DNA from: an uncultured virus (IMG/VR IMGVR_UViG_3300021089_000001)
Lineage: Duplodnaviria > Heunggongvirae > Uroviricota > Caudoviricetes
Reading direction: 5' to 3' (one strand)
Length of the DNA stretch: 64,000 nucleotides
Virus record (IMG/VR): IMGVR_UViG_3300021089_000001
This document shows, one piece after another, positions 31,101 through 39,783 of this stretch. A program made the translations under genes and the position numbers. The stretch's first letter is position 1, and each line of letters opens with the position of its first letter. Below the pieces are notes generated by a model. The model had not been told where the DNA came from. It searched no databases and saw nothing but the letters and a program-made list of their open reading frames with translations.

Positions 31101-34100
31101 AAGTGATATGTTCTATTGCAGAAATGCAACTGGAATTAGAAATATGACAGTTCAAGGTTTAATAGGAACATTAGGAACAGATCAATATAGCACATCAGCG
31201 GCAACATATACACCTGCAACAGGAGAAATGGTATTAACTATAGGAAGCCATAGTATTCCTGTAGGGGAATCTGTTATGATTGCATCAAATAGTTTAACAT
31301 TTACTTGTGCTGAAGATAGTCATGCTACTCAACATAGCTATCCAAGATCATCTGATCCTTATTACAATAAAGCAATTTTAATTACGGCTGTAGCCGCAAC
31401 AACAATTACAGTAAACGTTGGTATATCAAGTAATACAACAGCACATACTTTTGTAAATGCTACTGAGGAAAATGTAACATTAGCTTCTGCAAATGAATTT
31501 GGTACAAAAAGACCAACAGGTGGTTCTTTTGTATCATTAGATCCAGGCTGGGGACCAACACACGAAGAAGTATGGATTACTTCTAAATCACCTTATATTC
31601 AAAACGTAACAACATTCGGAACAGGATGTACTGGATTAAAAGTAGACGGTGCATTACACGATGGTGGTTTTGATTCTGTTGTTGCAAATGACTTTACGCA
31701 ATTATGCGATGATGGTATAGGTGCATGGATTACAAATTTAGGTAGAGTAGAACTTGTATCAGTATTTTCTTATTACGCACACATTGGTTATCTATCAGAA
31801 AATGGTGGAAAACTTCGTGCTACAAACGGTAACTCATCTTATGGAGATTTTGGTTGCGTGGCAGAAGGAGTTGATTCAGCAGAAACTCCTACAACAGCAA
31901 CAATTGATAACCATAGTGAAGATGCAGATGTTGCCAATGTAATGACAGACGGTCAAGGAATATTAGCATTTGAATATAAAAATGCTGGAAGACAATATTC
32001 TAGTGCTACACTTTCTATATCAGGAGATGGTTATGGAATTACAGGAGAAACTCCAACTTATAATACTGGTGGTGTTTATAAAATTAGATTATTAGAAACT
32101 AATACAGTAACAAGTAACCTTGGTGGTGCGACATATATGTCTGCTACTAACAATGGACAAACAGGTTCAGCTACACAAATTACAATAGCTAACGCAGATA
32201 GTAATGCCAGTGGTGCATACACAGGTATGGCAATTTGGATTACAAAAGGTAAAGGAGTTGGTCAATACGCATATATTGATGCTTATGATTCTGCAAGTAA
32301 AGTCGCAACTGTTAAAAAATATTCAGATGGTTTAGCAGGTTGGGAAAGACTTGGCGGATTATCAGTTGAAACTCTTTTAGATGCTACAACAGAATATACT
32401 ATAGAACCTAGAGTAGTTATTGGTGCTCCACAAAACGATGGAAGTACAACAGTTAGACAAGCAGTTGCAAGAGCAATTGTAACTTCTGAAAAGATTTCTT
32501 CAATAAGAATTATAGATTGTGGTGCAAGTTATACTTCAGCACCAACAGTAACATTTACTGATCCTAATAATACTATAGATGCTCCAGTACAATCATTCAT
32601 AGATGATGGTGTATTAGGTCAACCTACTTTCTCTGCATATGGAACAGCTTATGATACTGCAAGTGTAACAATTACAGAATCACCTACAGGTAAAAACATA
32701 ACAGGTATTACACAAGGAACTGTTGCTGTTGTTACATCAGCAGGACACAATTTAGTTTCAGGAACTAAAGTAACGTTTACAGGTGTTGTTGGAATGACAG
32801 AATTAAACACTGGTGTATGGTATTACATTAAAACATTAACAGTAGACACATTTGGAGTTTACACTAATGATGATTTAACTGCTGGATTAAACACTACAAA
32901 CTTTACAGCATATAGTTCAGGTGGAGTTGCAACACCACAAGGTGGATTTAGAGATGAATTCCAAACAGGAAGATATATTCAAGTAGAAGGTATGTCAGAT
33001 GTTCCACAAACAGGATCAAATGTAGAATTTGATGGAATTTCAACTACAACATATCCTTATGCATATACACTTTTAACTGCAAACAAAGAATACATGAAAG
33101 ATGAAGTAATAGCATGGTTTAATACAACTTATCCAGGAATACACAACGCCGCTCAAAATACTAAATGCGAAAGAGATGTTGGATATGAAATTGATGCAAT
33201 GGCATTCGATATAAAATATGGTGGTAATACAGAAACTATAAGAATTGCTAAAGCATACTGGCAAGGTGTTACTTCTCAATTAGCGGCAGGCGAACAAGTA
33301 TACGCAGTTGCAGTTAATAATAAATTAAAAGAAATGATTAATGATTACATTATGGATAATGTAGCCTGGTCAACAACACAAAGTCCAGTCGTTACATCAC
33401 AAACAACTAATTCTAATAATGGTGAGTTAGGTGTAAAAGACAAATTTACAAATTTAACTAAAACTTTAAATGATGTAATTGAAAATGGTTTAACTTCTGT
33501 ACCAACTACACAAGGATTAAACAATCCTTACTTTAAATTAGTAAGTGTACAAAAATTACGAGGTACTCAAGCACCATATTCAGCATTATTACAAATTAGT
33601 CCACAGATGTCAACAGCTCAAGCTCTAGCACATGGTACTGGGATAACAGTTAAACTTAGATATTCTCAAGTTAGATTAACAGGACATGACTTCTTAGATG
33701 TAGGAACTGGTAATCAAGCATTGACAAATTATCCTGGAACGCCAAACAGAACTAACGATCAAGAAAGAGAAAGTGTTGAAAGAGGTGGTGGTAGAGTATT
33801 CTTTACTGCAACTGATCAAGACGGTAACTTTAGAGTTGGTGACTTGTTCTCAGTACAACAGGCGACTGGTATTGCATCATTAAATGCAGATGCATTTAAC
33901 ATTTCAGGATTACAAGAACTTCAGTTAGGAGATTTAACATTAGGTGGAACTTCTGCCTCTGTTAACGAATTCTCTACTGACGGTACATTTGCGGCAAATA
34001 GTGACAAAATTGTACCAACACAAAGAGCGATAAGAACATATGTTTCTTCACAAATTGGTGGCGGAGCAAGTGCAATTAACGTAAATACTATTACTGCTGG

Positions 34101-34230
34101 TCAAATTGTGATCACAGCTAATACTATAAATACAACAACAGGTGCAAGTATTCAAATAAATAGTGGTGTGCAATTCAAGAAAGGTGTTGCAGGAGCACCA
34201 CTGGCAATGAATTACTTGATACATAGTTAA
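28150..34230 (+). CDS. Giant tail protein with CBM5/12-like repeats, beta-helix, three phycobiliprotein-like helical domains and an FCCH-like domain
   Basis: MAEFKLGRIKFVWKG; W..Y..NDVVKYGG repeats; KCRRD, KCLAD, KCERD; shares C-terminal RLTGHDFLDVGTG...GGGRVF with 22948. Confidence 0.75.
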   Translation: MAEFKLGRIKFVWKGSWATTTTYYVDDVIRYGGRTYNCVTNHTSGTFQTDLGAVKWQLMSDGIEWKSEWVANTTYKPNDVVKYGGYIYLANTGHTSAATEALGLEADQSKWDLFIEGFDWKSDWTISTRYKKNDLVKYGGSVYLCITEHTSDNTTAVGLEGQQAKWEIFGKGFVWSGDWAINSRYKVNDTVRYGGQIYVAITGHTSAATEADGLEANQGQWQALHKGIEFKGDHATATRYKVNDVVKYGANIWICITQHTSSGILSADEAKWNVLIPGIEFEDTWSNSTNYQPGDFVTYGGYSYVADRNNINKLPPDESDDWTLFVTGFNLRGDYNGATAYKQGDVVRVGGFTYLAIADTTGNRPPNVTKWDKLNEGLYWKGAWTNATDYDKGDIVRGTTNTTTSYLCITENTSNNVGPSTINQPDYPPGAGVDTSAWQLLSGGAETTVLSTKGDILIYGQSGPARLPIGKAGQTLVVNSAGDLPEWGYFGSIDQVYYVGPAGQDKPSPDAGTTLDKPWKSLRYALHGIEQGPRNPQGTYLLERNKAFIQEETLAWINAQISGNTSPFTNAYTYDAVKCRRDAGFMLDALLYDLRHGGNEKSRYATIKISTQTEFANHKDELTAYLNRLVYISQQVVANNAGYSALQATVPHYINNDYVSEAAVSGEIASYVKIATDCLAAGNIAGVPAEEVPQTTLFAKSGTYEEVLPLSVKKGLAIVGDELRSTIVKPAGQVTGSSDTVFTLAGIGRMQAIISDIVTNASVTPTPVGGVISFTTPAPDLGFVNGTYTNVALTGGSGSGCTMDVTVLSYTITSLTINNPGQNYAINDNLTIPAATIGADGITVVGSITTGNNLTQNTSNPAGSGAAGTAAAAIAQNIYDHIDFKVNANGADPTLTGTNTAQADAGYSDARLRLLANMDFVALEVAEFVQRANPSHSNFKTKCLADVKIYLQAIMDDLQYTGNYKSLKASDAYINSRLSTGSSASDMFYCRNATGIRNMTVQGLIGTLGTDQYSTSAATYTPATGEMVLTIGSHSIPVGESVMIASNSLTFTCAEDSHATQHSYPRSSDPYYNKAILITAVAATTITVNVGISSNTTAHTFVNATEENVTLASANEFGTKRPTGGSFVSLDPGWGPTHEEVWITSKSPYIQNVTTFGTGCTGLKVDGALHDGGFDSVVANDFTQLCDDGIGAWITNLGRVELVSVFSYYAHIGYLSENGGKLRATNGNSSYGDFGCVAEGVDSAETPTTATIDNHSEDADVANVMTDGQGILAFEYKNAGRQYSSATLSISGDGYGITGETPTYNTGGVYKIRLLETNTVTSNLGGATYMSATNNGQTGSATQITIANADSNASGAYTGMAIWITKGKGVGQYAYIDAYDSASKVATVKKYSDGLAGWERLGGLSVETLLDATTEYTIEPRVVIGAPQNDGSTTVRQAVARAIVTSEKISSIRIIDCGASYTSAPTVTFTDPNNTIDAPVQSFIDDGVLGQPTFSAYGTAYDTASVTITESPTGKNITGITQGTVAVVTSAGHNLVSGTKVTFTGVVGMTELNTGVWYYIKTLTVDTFGVYTNDDLTAGLNTTNFTAYSSGGVATPQGGFRDEFQTGRYIQVEGMSDVPQTGSNVEFDGISTTTYPYAYTLLTANKEYMKDEVIAWFNTTYPGIHNAAQNTKCERDVGYEIDAMAFDIKYGGNTETIRIAKAYWQGVTSQLAAGEQVYAVAVNNKLKEMINDYIMDNVAWSTTQSPVVTSQTTNSNNGELGVKDKFTNLTKTLNDVIENGLTSVPTTQGLNNPYFKLVSVQKLRGTQAPYSALLQISPQMSTAQALAHGTGITVKLRYSQVRLTGHDFLDVGTGNQALTNYPGTPNRTNDQERESVERGGGRVFFTATDQDGNFRVGDLFSVQQATGIASLNADAFNISGLQELQLGDLTLGGTSASVNEFSTDGTFAANSDKIVPTQRAIRTYVSSQIGGGASAINVNTITAGQIVITANTINTTTGASIQINSGVQFKKGVAGAPLAMNYLIHS

Positions 34231-34266
34231 TAATATAAAAAAGTAAAAAAAAAGGAGATAAAACAC

Positions 34267-34584
34267 ATGGCTTCAGGAAGATTAGGTAAAGCAGACTTGG
34301 TAGCCAGTACCGATACCGTAGTTTACACGGTCCCTGCGGCGACTTTTACCGTAGCTACTGTGTCTATCTGCAACAGAGGTAACCAAGTAGTCACTATCAA
34401 AATGGCAGTGGCAGATGCGGCAACTCCAGACGCTTCAGAATACGTTGAACATAACGTTGAAATTCTGTCAGCAGGAGTTTTAGAACGTTCAGGTTTAGTG
34501 ATGTCAGCTGGTCAAAAACTAGTTGTATGGTCATCAGGGGCTAACGTAGCCGCGGTTGCAATGGGTATTGAAACTGGAATATAG
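34267..34584 (+). CDS. Small beta-rich virion protein (paralog of 11366 and 19163)
   Basis: TVVYTVPA..V.SICNR..VLERSGLVM..GQKLVV. Confidence 0.7.
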   Translation: MASGRLGKADLVASTDTVVYTVPAATFTVATVSICNRGNQVVTIKMAVADAATPDASEYVEHNVEILSAGVLERSGLVMSAGQKLVVWSSGANVAAVAMGIETGI

Positions 34585-34646
34585 ACTAAAACGAAAAACA
34601 GTCTAAAATGCATAAATAATTAAAATAAGGAAAAAAGGACAAAAAA

Positions 34647-34979
34647 ATGGGAAGATATATTTCAACAACTGGAACTGCTGGAGTAGTAACAAAAGAAGTT
34701 TCTACTACTTACAGTGCCGCTGTTAATGATAGAATTCTTGCTGATTCTACTGGTGGAGCATTTACAATTACTCTACCATTAAGTACAGGTTTGTTAGTCA
34801 ATGATACAATACAACTTATTGACGCAACATCTCAAGCAGGAACTAATAACATAACAGTTGGAAGAAATGGTGCTCTTATCCAAGGTTCAGCAGAAGATTT
34901 AACTGTCGATTTAGCAGGTGCTATCATGACATTAATCTATACTGGTGCGACTTATGGATGGATAGTAGGTGCTGTATAA
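34647..34979 (+). CDS. Tail-fibre adaptor-like domain protein
   Basis: DSTGGAFTITLP..DTIQLID..NNITVGRNG..LIY..GW domain typical of T4-like fibre proteins; ATAAATA at 34612-34618. Confidence 0.65.
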   Translation: MGRYISTTGTAGVVTKEVSTTYSAAVNDRILADSTGGAFTITLPLSTGLLVNDTIQLIDATSQAGTNNITVGRNGALIQGSAEDLTVDLAGAIMTLIYTGATYGWIVGAV

Positions 34980-35042
34980 TATTTTTATTATATAACACTT
35001 AACCATTAAAATTTTGTAAGGAGTTTTTAAAAAGGTAAAGGT

Positions 35043-36023
35043 ATGCCAGCAACAAGTCTAAGAGGATTATTGGGAACTAAACAAGACACGTTTGTCGCGT
35101 TCGGTGAAGAAAATCTTGAGAAAGGCAGAATATATGTTTACACTCAAGGAGCAAACTATTCGAGATTATGGTGCGGATTTTGTTTTCACCCAGGAGTGGC
35201 AGGAACGGCTACGATAGAAGTTTGGGGAGCTGGCGGTAGTGGCGCAAAAATGTGCTGTTGCGGTTTTGGCTTACCAGGTAATTCTGCGGCATACGCCAAA
35301 AGAACTATCTCATTAGCGGCTAATGGTTATGTTTGCGGATGTACTGGTCAATCATGTGGTAATGGAGATACATTATGTCACAGAGGTTGCTCTGAACCAA
35401 CTTTCATGAATATTTCCAAAGATGGCACAGCAGGTGGATGTACTTGTATTTGTGCTCAAGGTGGAGCAGGTGGAGTTTCTTATTGTTCTACAAACGAATC
35501 ATTTTATTGTTGTTATAAAGCAAACGGTTTTTGTATTACAAAAACTGAAAACGATCACTGCGGTATTGTATGTAATATGTGTGATGGAAAACATATAGCT
35601 TCGGCATATTGCGGAAATGTAATGTGTCCAGGAAGAACTTCTTGTGTATCAGCATTTGGCTGTCACCCAAGTTGTCCTTGTCAATTTACTTGGCACAATC
35701 CAACTCCAGCAGGAATGTTTAGTGAAGACGGAGCATATATTACTTACAATACAGAAAATGGTAATGGATTTTCAGAATGGTCAGGCAACGGAGGTCACCA
35801 ATTAGAAGCGGCACTAGGTGCTGGAAGATTTCCAACTGGTGGAATACCTTGGTCAACTTGCTGGGGAGCAAGTAAGGCTTGTAACTGTTATGAAGCAGAT
35901 CCATGTATACCACACGTTCCAGTAGGAATGGGAGGTCACGGACCAATGCCTTGTGATGGAGTAAGAGATCACGGTAACAGAGGTGGCCATGGTGGAGTTA
36001 GAATTAAATGGATAACAGCATAG
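35043..36023 (+). CDS. Cys-rich glycine-rich adhesin-like protein 1
   Basis: EVWGAGGSG..MCCC and GGHGGVRIK; 31 Cys counted. Confidence 0.7.
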   Translation: MPATSLRGLLGTKQDTFVAFGEENLEKGRIYVYTQGANYSRLWCGFCFHPGVAGTATIEVWGAGGSGAKMCCCGFGLPGNSAAYAKRTISLAANGYVCGCTGQSCGNGDTLCHRGCSEPTFMNISKDGTAGGCTCICAQGGAGGVSYCSTNESFYCCYKANGFCITKTENDHCGIVCNMCDGKHIASAYCGNVMCPGRTSCVSAFGCHPSCPCQFTWHNPTPAGMFSEDGAYITYNTENGNGFSEWSGNGGHQLEAALGAGRFPTGGIPWSTCWGASKACNCYEADPCIPHVPVGMGGHGPMPCDGVRDHGNRGGHGGVRIKWITA

Positions 36024-36031
36024 GATAAATT

Positions 36032-37036
36032 ATGGCATCATTAACAACATTATTGCAAACAAAATATGATGGGATAGCGGCTGGAGAAACTAACCTGGAA
36101 AAAGGTACAATTTATACTTTTTATCCTGCCAACGATTATACAAACTTCCAATGTCACATATGTTGGAAACCACCTGCCAACGGTACAGCACAATTAGAAG
36201 TGTGGGGAGCGGCTGGATCAGGTGCAGAAATGTGTTGTTGCGGTGGAGGATTACCAGGTAACCCAGGCGGTTATGCTAAAAAACAACTAGCGGCTTTTGG
36301 TGCAAGTTGGACAGATTGTTTTGTTTGTTCAGTTATTGGTTTATCATGCGGTAACTCAGATACTTTAAGTCACAGAGGACGTTCAGAACCAACTCAAGTT
36401 TGTTGGTTTGCCAACGACGCAGATGGATGTATTTGTTCTGAAGGTGGACAAGGAGGATGTTCTATTTGTTCTACTGGTAATGCATTGTATTGTTGTTTTG
36501 TAGCACAAAATTATTGTCATACACAAGGTGGAAGCACTTATTGTGGAATAATTTGTAATTATAGAGATGATGGTGGAAACAGTTATGACGGTGCAGATTA
36601 TTGTGCATTTGCTTATGGCGGAGATGTAAACTGTTATGGTGGATTTAGTTGTCATTACTTTAGAGGATGTCAACCAAACTGTAACTGTAGATATATTACA
36701 GTAATTAAAGTTCCACCTGGAATGGTTTCAGAGTGCGGTGGAGAAGTTCAGTACGCACAAGATGAAGATAGTGAAAAAGTTTATCACTCAGGTTCAGGCG
36801 GAATTATGGGAGTTATGGAACCACTTAATTTAATGACAAGACAACCAACTCAAGGTTCACCTTATAATGCTTGTTGGACAGGTAATGACTCTTGTGGTTG
36901 TTATGATTTCCAAGGATGTACTCACTTCTTTCCAGGAGGAATACCAGGACAAGGACCAACACCGTGCGATGGATATAGAGATCACGCATGGAGAGGTGGA
37001 AACGGAATATTAAGGATTAAATTTATAGCTTCATAA
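36032..37036 (+). CDS. Cys-rich glycine-rich adhesin-like protein 2
   Basis: EVWGAAGSG..MCCC and GGNGILRIK; 30 Cys counted. Confidence 0.7.
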   Translation: MASLTTLLQTKYDGIAAGETNLEKGTIYTFYPANDYTNFQCHICWKPPANGTAQLEVWGAAGSGAEMCCCGGGLPGNPGGYAKKQLAAFGASWTDCFVCSVIGLSCGNSDTLSHRGRSEPTQVCWFANDADGCICSEGGQGGCSICSTGNALYCCFVAQNYCHTQGGSTYCGIICNYRDDGGNSYDGADYCAFAYGGDVNCYGGFSCHYFRGCQPNCNCRYITVIKVPPGMVSECGGEVQYAQDEDSEKVYHSGSGGIMGVMEPLNLMTRQPTQGSPYNACWTGNDSCGCYDFQGCTHFFPGGIPGQGPTPCDGYRDHAWRGGNGILRIKFIAS

Positions 37037-37051
37037 GGAGTAAATAGTATT

Positions 37052-38023
37052 ATGGCATCATTAAAATCAATATTGACAACAAGACAACCGGCAAGTATGT
37101 CAGAAGATAACCTAGAAAAAGGTTACATTTATGCATATTCTCCGGGTACTCAGTTTGCCAATTTTTGTAATGGTGTTTGTTGGACAGCCCTTGCAGATGG
37201 AAAAGCTATTATAGAAATTTGGGGAGCTGGTGGATCTGGTTCTCGTATGTGTTGTTGCGGAGATGGATTACCAGGTAATGCAGGAGCATATTCTAAAAAA
37301 ACAATTCAAGTTAATCAAGGTGATACGTTGACAGGTACTTTAGGAATGGCTTGTAATGCTCACCCACTATGTCACGTAGGATGTAGTGATCCAACTCAAA
37401 TATGTTATATAACAACTACTGCAAGTACGCATGGTTGTATGTGTGCAAGAGGTGGATATGGTGGAAAATCTATGTGTACAACTGGTACATCTTTCTACTG
37501 TTGTTACAATGCAGAAGGTTTTTGTACTGTAAGATGTAACAATGATAATTGTGGAATGACTTGTAACTGGTGTAATGGTGCATGGGAAGCCTTAGCATAT
37601 GGTGGAGATATAAATTGTTGTGGAGAAATTGGCTGTACTAGTTGGTTCGGCTGTTGCCCTCACTGTAAATGTTTCTTCCAAAGACACGCTCCTGTACCTT
37701 CAGGACTTTTTGCAGAAAATGGAGCATTAATTACGTTCCAAACAGAATCAGATGGAACACCTATGTCGCAATGGTCAGGTAACCAATTATTCCAATATTA
37801 TGCGGCTCTTAATTTGGCTACTAAATCACCAAGACAAGGTAACCCAAGATCTTATTGTTGGAGATCAGACAGATCTTGCGGTTGTTATGAATCACAAGGA
37901 TGTGCTAATTTCTTACCAACAGGATCAGGTGGACTACCACCAAATGCTTGTCCAGAAGTTAGAGACCATGGAATCCGTGGAGGACACGGAGGAGTTAGAA
38001 TTAAGTTTATAGCTTCGGCATAA
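37052..38023 (+). CDS. Cys-rich glycine-rich adhesin-like protein 3
   Basis: EIWGAGGSG..MCCC and GGHGGVRIK; 31 Cys counted. Confidence 0.7.
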   Translation: MASLKSILTTRQPASMSEDNLEKGYIYAYSPGTQFANFCNGVCWTALADGKAIIEIWGAGGSGSRMCCCGDGLPGNAGAYSKKTIQVNQGDTLTGTLGMACNAHPLCHVGCSDPTQICYITTTASTHGCMCARGGYGGKSMCTTGTSFYCCYNAEGFCTVRCNNDNCGMTCNWCNGAWEALAYGGDINCCGEIGCTSWFGCCPHCKCFFQRHAPVPSGLFAENGALITFQTESDGTPMSQWSGNQLFQYYAALNLATKSPRQGNPRSYCWRSDRSCGCYESQGCANFLPTGSGGLPPNACPEVRDHGIRGGHGGVRIKFIASA

Positions 38024-38069
38024 TAATTGCAGGAGTAGGATAAATAGTTAAAACAAAGGAACAAAGATT

Positions 38070-38723
38070 ATGATAACAACAGCGTTTAACATAGCATTAC
38101 CAAATAAACCATACGTGGACAACTTTTCAGATAATACTGTTCATGGTTCAAATTATGTTGGTTTTAAATTTATTAAAGTAATAGTAGATGCTAATGGCTG
38201 GGTAGTAAATGCAGTTTCAGAAGCTGATACTATGGATGAAATAAACGCTCAAGCTAGTCCAGTTCCAGCAGGTTGCAGTGCAGTTGTAGTAGACGGTTCA
38301 GCAAATCCTTTTGAAGCGGCTTTTATTACAGGAAGATATACAACTGGTGCAGTTGCGGCTTATGAAGAATCATTAGGAACAAATGATGCTAACGGTGACC
38401 CAGAAGTTTGGACATATACTTGGGGAGAAGATGGCGTTTTAAACCAAATTTATTTACATGGTACATTGAAATACGTAGACGGGGCTTTCGTTGCGCCACA
38501 AATGAGAACACACGCACTAACTAGACAAATGTTCTTAGATTCATTAGCACCTATGTCACAAGGTTTAACAGACGCTCTTACGGCAGATGATGCAAATACT
38601 GTTTATACAGCGGCTGAAAGACAAGCAATTGTTGATCATAAAACATACGTAGACAATATTTCTACAAAATATGCGGCAGTTGACCATTGGAAGATTCCAT
38701 TCTTACCAATGCCTAAAATATAA
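38070..38723 (+). CDS. Possible tail-fibre assembly chaperone
   Basis: Follows the adhesin-like genes; C-terminal helix plus WKIPFLPMP resembles Tfa-like chaperone ends. Confidence 0.45.
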   Translation: MITTAFNIALPNKPYVDNFSDNTVHGSNYVGFKFIKVIVDANGWVVNAVSEADTMDEINAQASPVPAGCSAVVVDGSANPFEAAFITGRYTTGAVAAYEESLGTNDANGDPEVWTYTWGEDGVLNQIYLHGTLKYVDGAFVAPQMRTHALTRQMFLDSLAPMSQGLTDALTADDANTVYTAAERQAIVDHKTYVDNISTKYAAVDHWKIPFLPMPKI

Positions 38724-38805
38724 TAAACTAATACTTTTCAAATTATAACTCAAGAATTTTAGGTTACACTATTGGTACCTAATAAGTAATAGTGTTAATC
38801 TAACT

Positions 38806-39783
38806 ATGACTGAAAATAATCCTATAACAAGACCAAAAGCATTTTTTTTAAATGGGGGAATGGGTAGAATTATCTGTGCTATTCCGGCCCTTGAAAAATA
38901 CTATGAAGAATCTATCGACAAAGATTTTATAATAGTAGTAGAAGGTATTCAAAATATTTTAGATGGTCATCCTACATTAGATTCTAAAACATTTGACTAT
39001 GGTCATAAAAATTTATTCCACACTAAACTTGTAAAAATGGATGTGGTAAGTTTAGAACCATATAGAATATGGGAATATTATAATCAAAAATGTAATATAA
39101 CTCAAGCGTTTGATATTTTAATTAATAATAAAGGTGTTAGAGAATTACCTAAACCTACAATTAATTTAAGTCAAGAAGAATTACTTGCAGGAAAAAAAGC
39201 AGTTAAAGATATTAAAGATAAACTTAAAAAAGAAAAAGTAATTGTTTTACAACCATTTGGACGAGGGATTCAACAAATAGACAATAGTTTTGTAGATAAA
39301 ACTTGTCGAAGTATGGAATTTAAAAATATAAAAAACTTAATAAGAAAATTACAAGCAGAAGATTATGCAATTATATTAATGGCAGAATTTGGAATTGATT
39401 TAAAAGGTGAAAAATATCCAGATGAAATAGCAATGCCTGAAGGAATTGACTTAAGAAAATGGTTAGCAATTATAAAAAATAGTGATCATTTTTTAGGTTG
39501 TGATAGTGTAGGTCAACATTTAGCCTATATAGGTGAAACAGATGCAACAGTAGTAACTGGTGCAACGTTCCCAGTTAATACATCATATCCTAAAACAAAA
39601 GGAATTAATATTATAGATATGGGACAAATAGATAGAGAATATGATCCAATAAGAATAACAAACGATGAACAAGTTAGTAGACATAATGAAAAATTAATGT
39701 GGATGACAGATGAAGTAGAAAATTATATTATAAATGTTGTATTAGGAAAACAAAAAATTGACGAGGAAGATAAAGATGAGTAA
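38806..39783 (+). CDS. GT9-like (heptosyltransferase-like) glycosyltransferase 1
   Basis: GGMGR..CAIPAL, IVLQPFG and LRKWLAIIKNSDHFLGCDSVGQHLA (GT9 C-terminal DS..HLA signature). Confidence 0.72.
   Translation: MTENNPITRPKAFFLNGGMGRIICAIPALEKYYEESIDKDFIIVVEGIQNILDGHPTLDSKTFDYGHKNLFHTKLVKMDVVSLEPYRIWEYYNQKCNITQAFDILINNKGVRELPKPTINLSQEELLAGKKAVKDIKDKLKKEKVIVLQPFGRGIQQIDNSFVDKTCRSMEFKNIKNLIRKLQAEDYAIILMAEFGIDLKGEKYPDEIAMPEGIDLRKWLAIIKNSDHFLGCDSVGQHLAYIGETDATVVTGATFPVNTSYPKTKGINIIDMGQIDREYDPIRITNDEQVSRHNEKLMWMTDEVENYIINVVLGKQKIDEEDKDE

Noticed and set aside
35043..38023. Paralogous adhesin genes as diversity-generating retroelement targets or an invertible cassette
   Set aside because: No reverse transcriptase or recombinase in the window, no adenine-specific TR/VR pair and no flanking inverted sites; divergence is spread across whole genes.
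39758..39775. ORF-track starts for the carbamoyltransferase (39758) and HldD (53848)
   Set aside because: Downstream ATGs (39776 with SD; 53827 with TAATG coupling) match family N-termini better.
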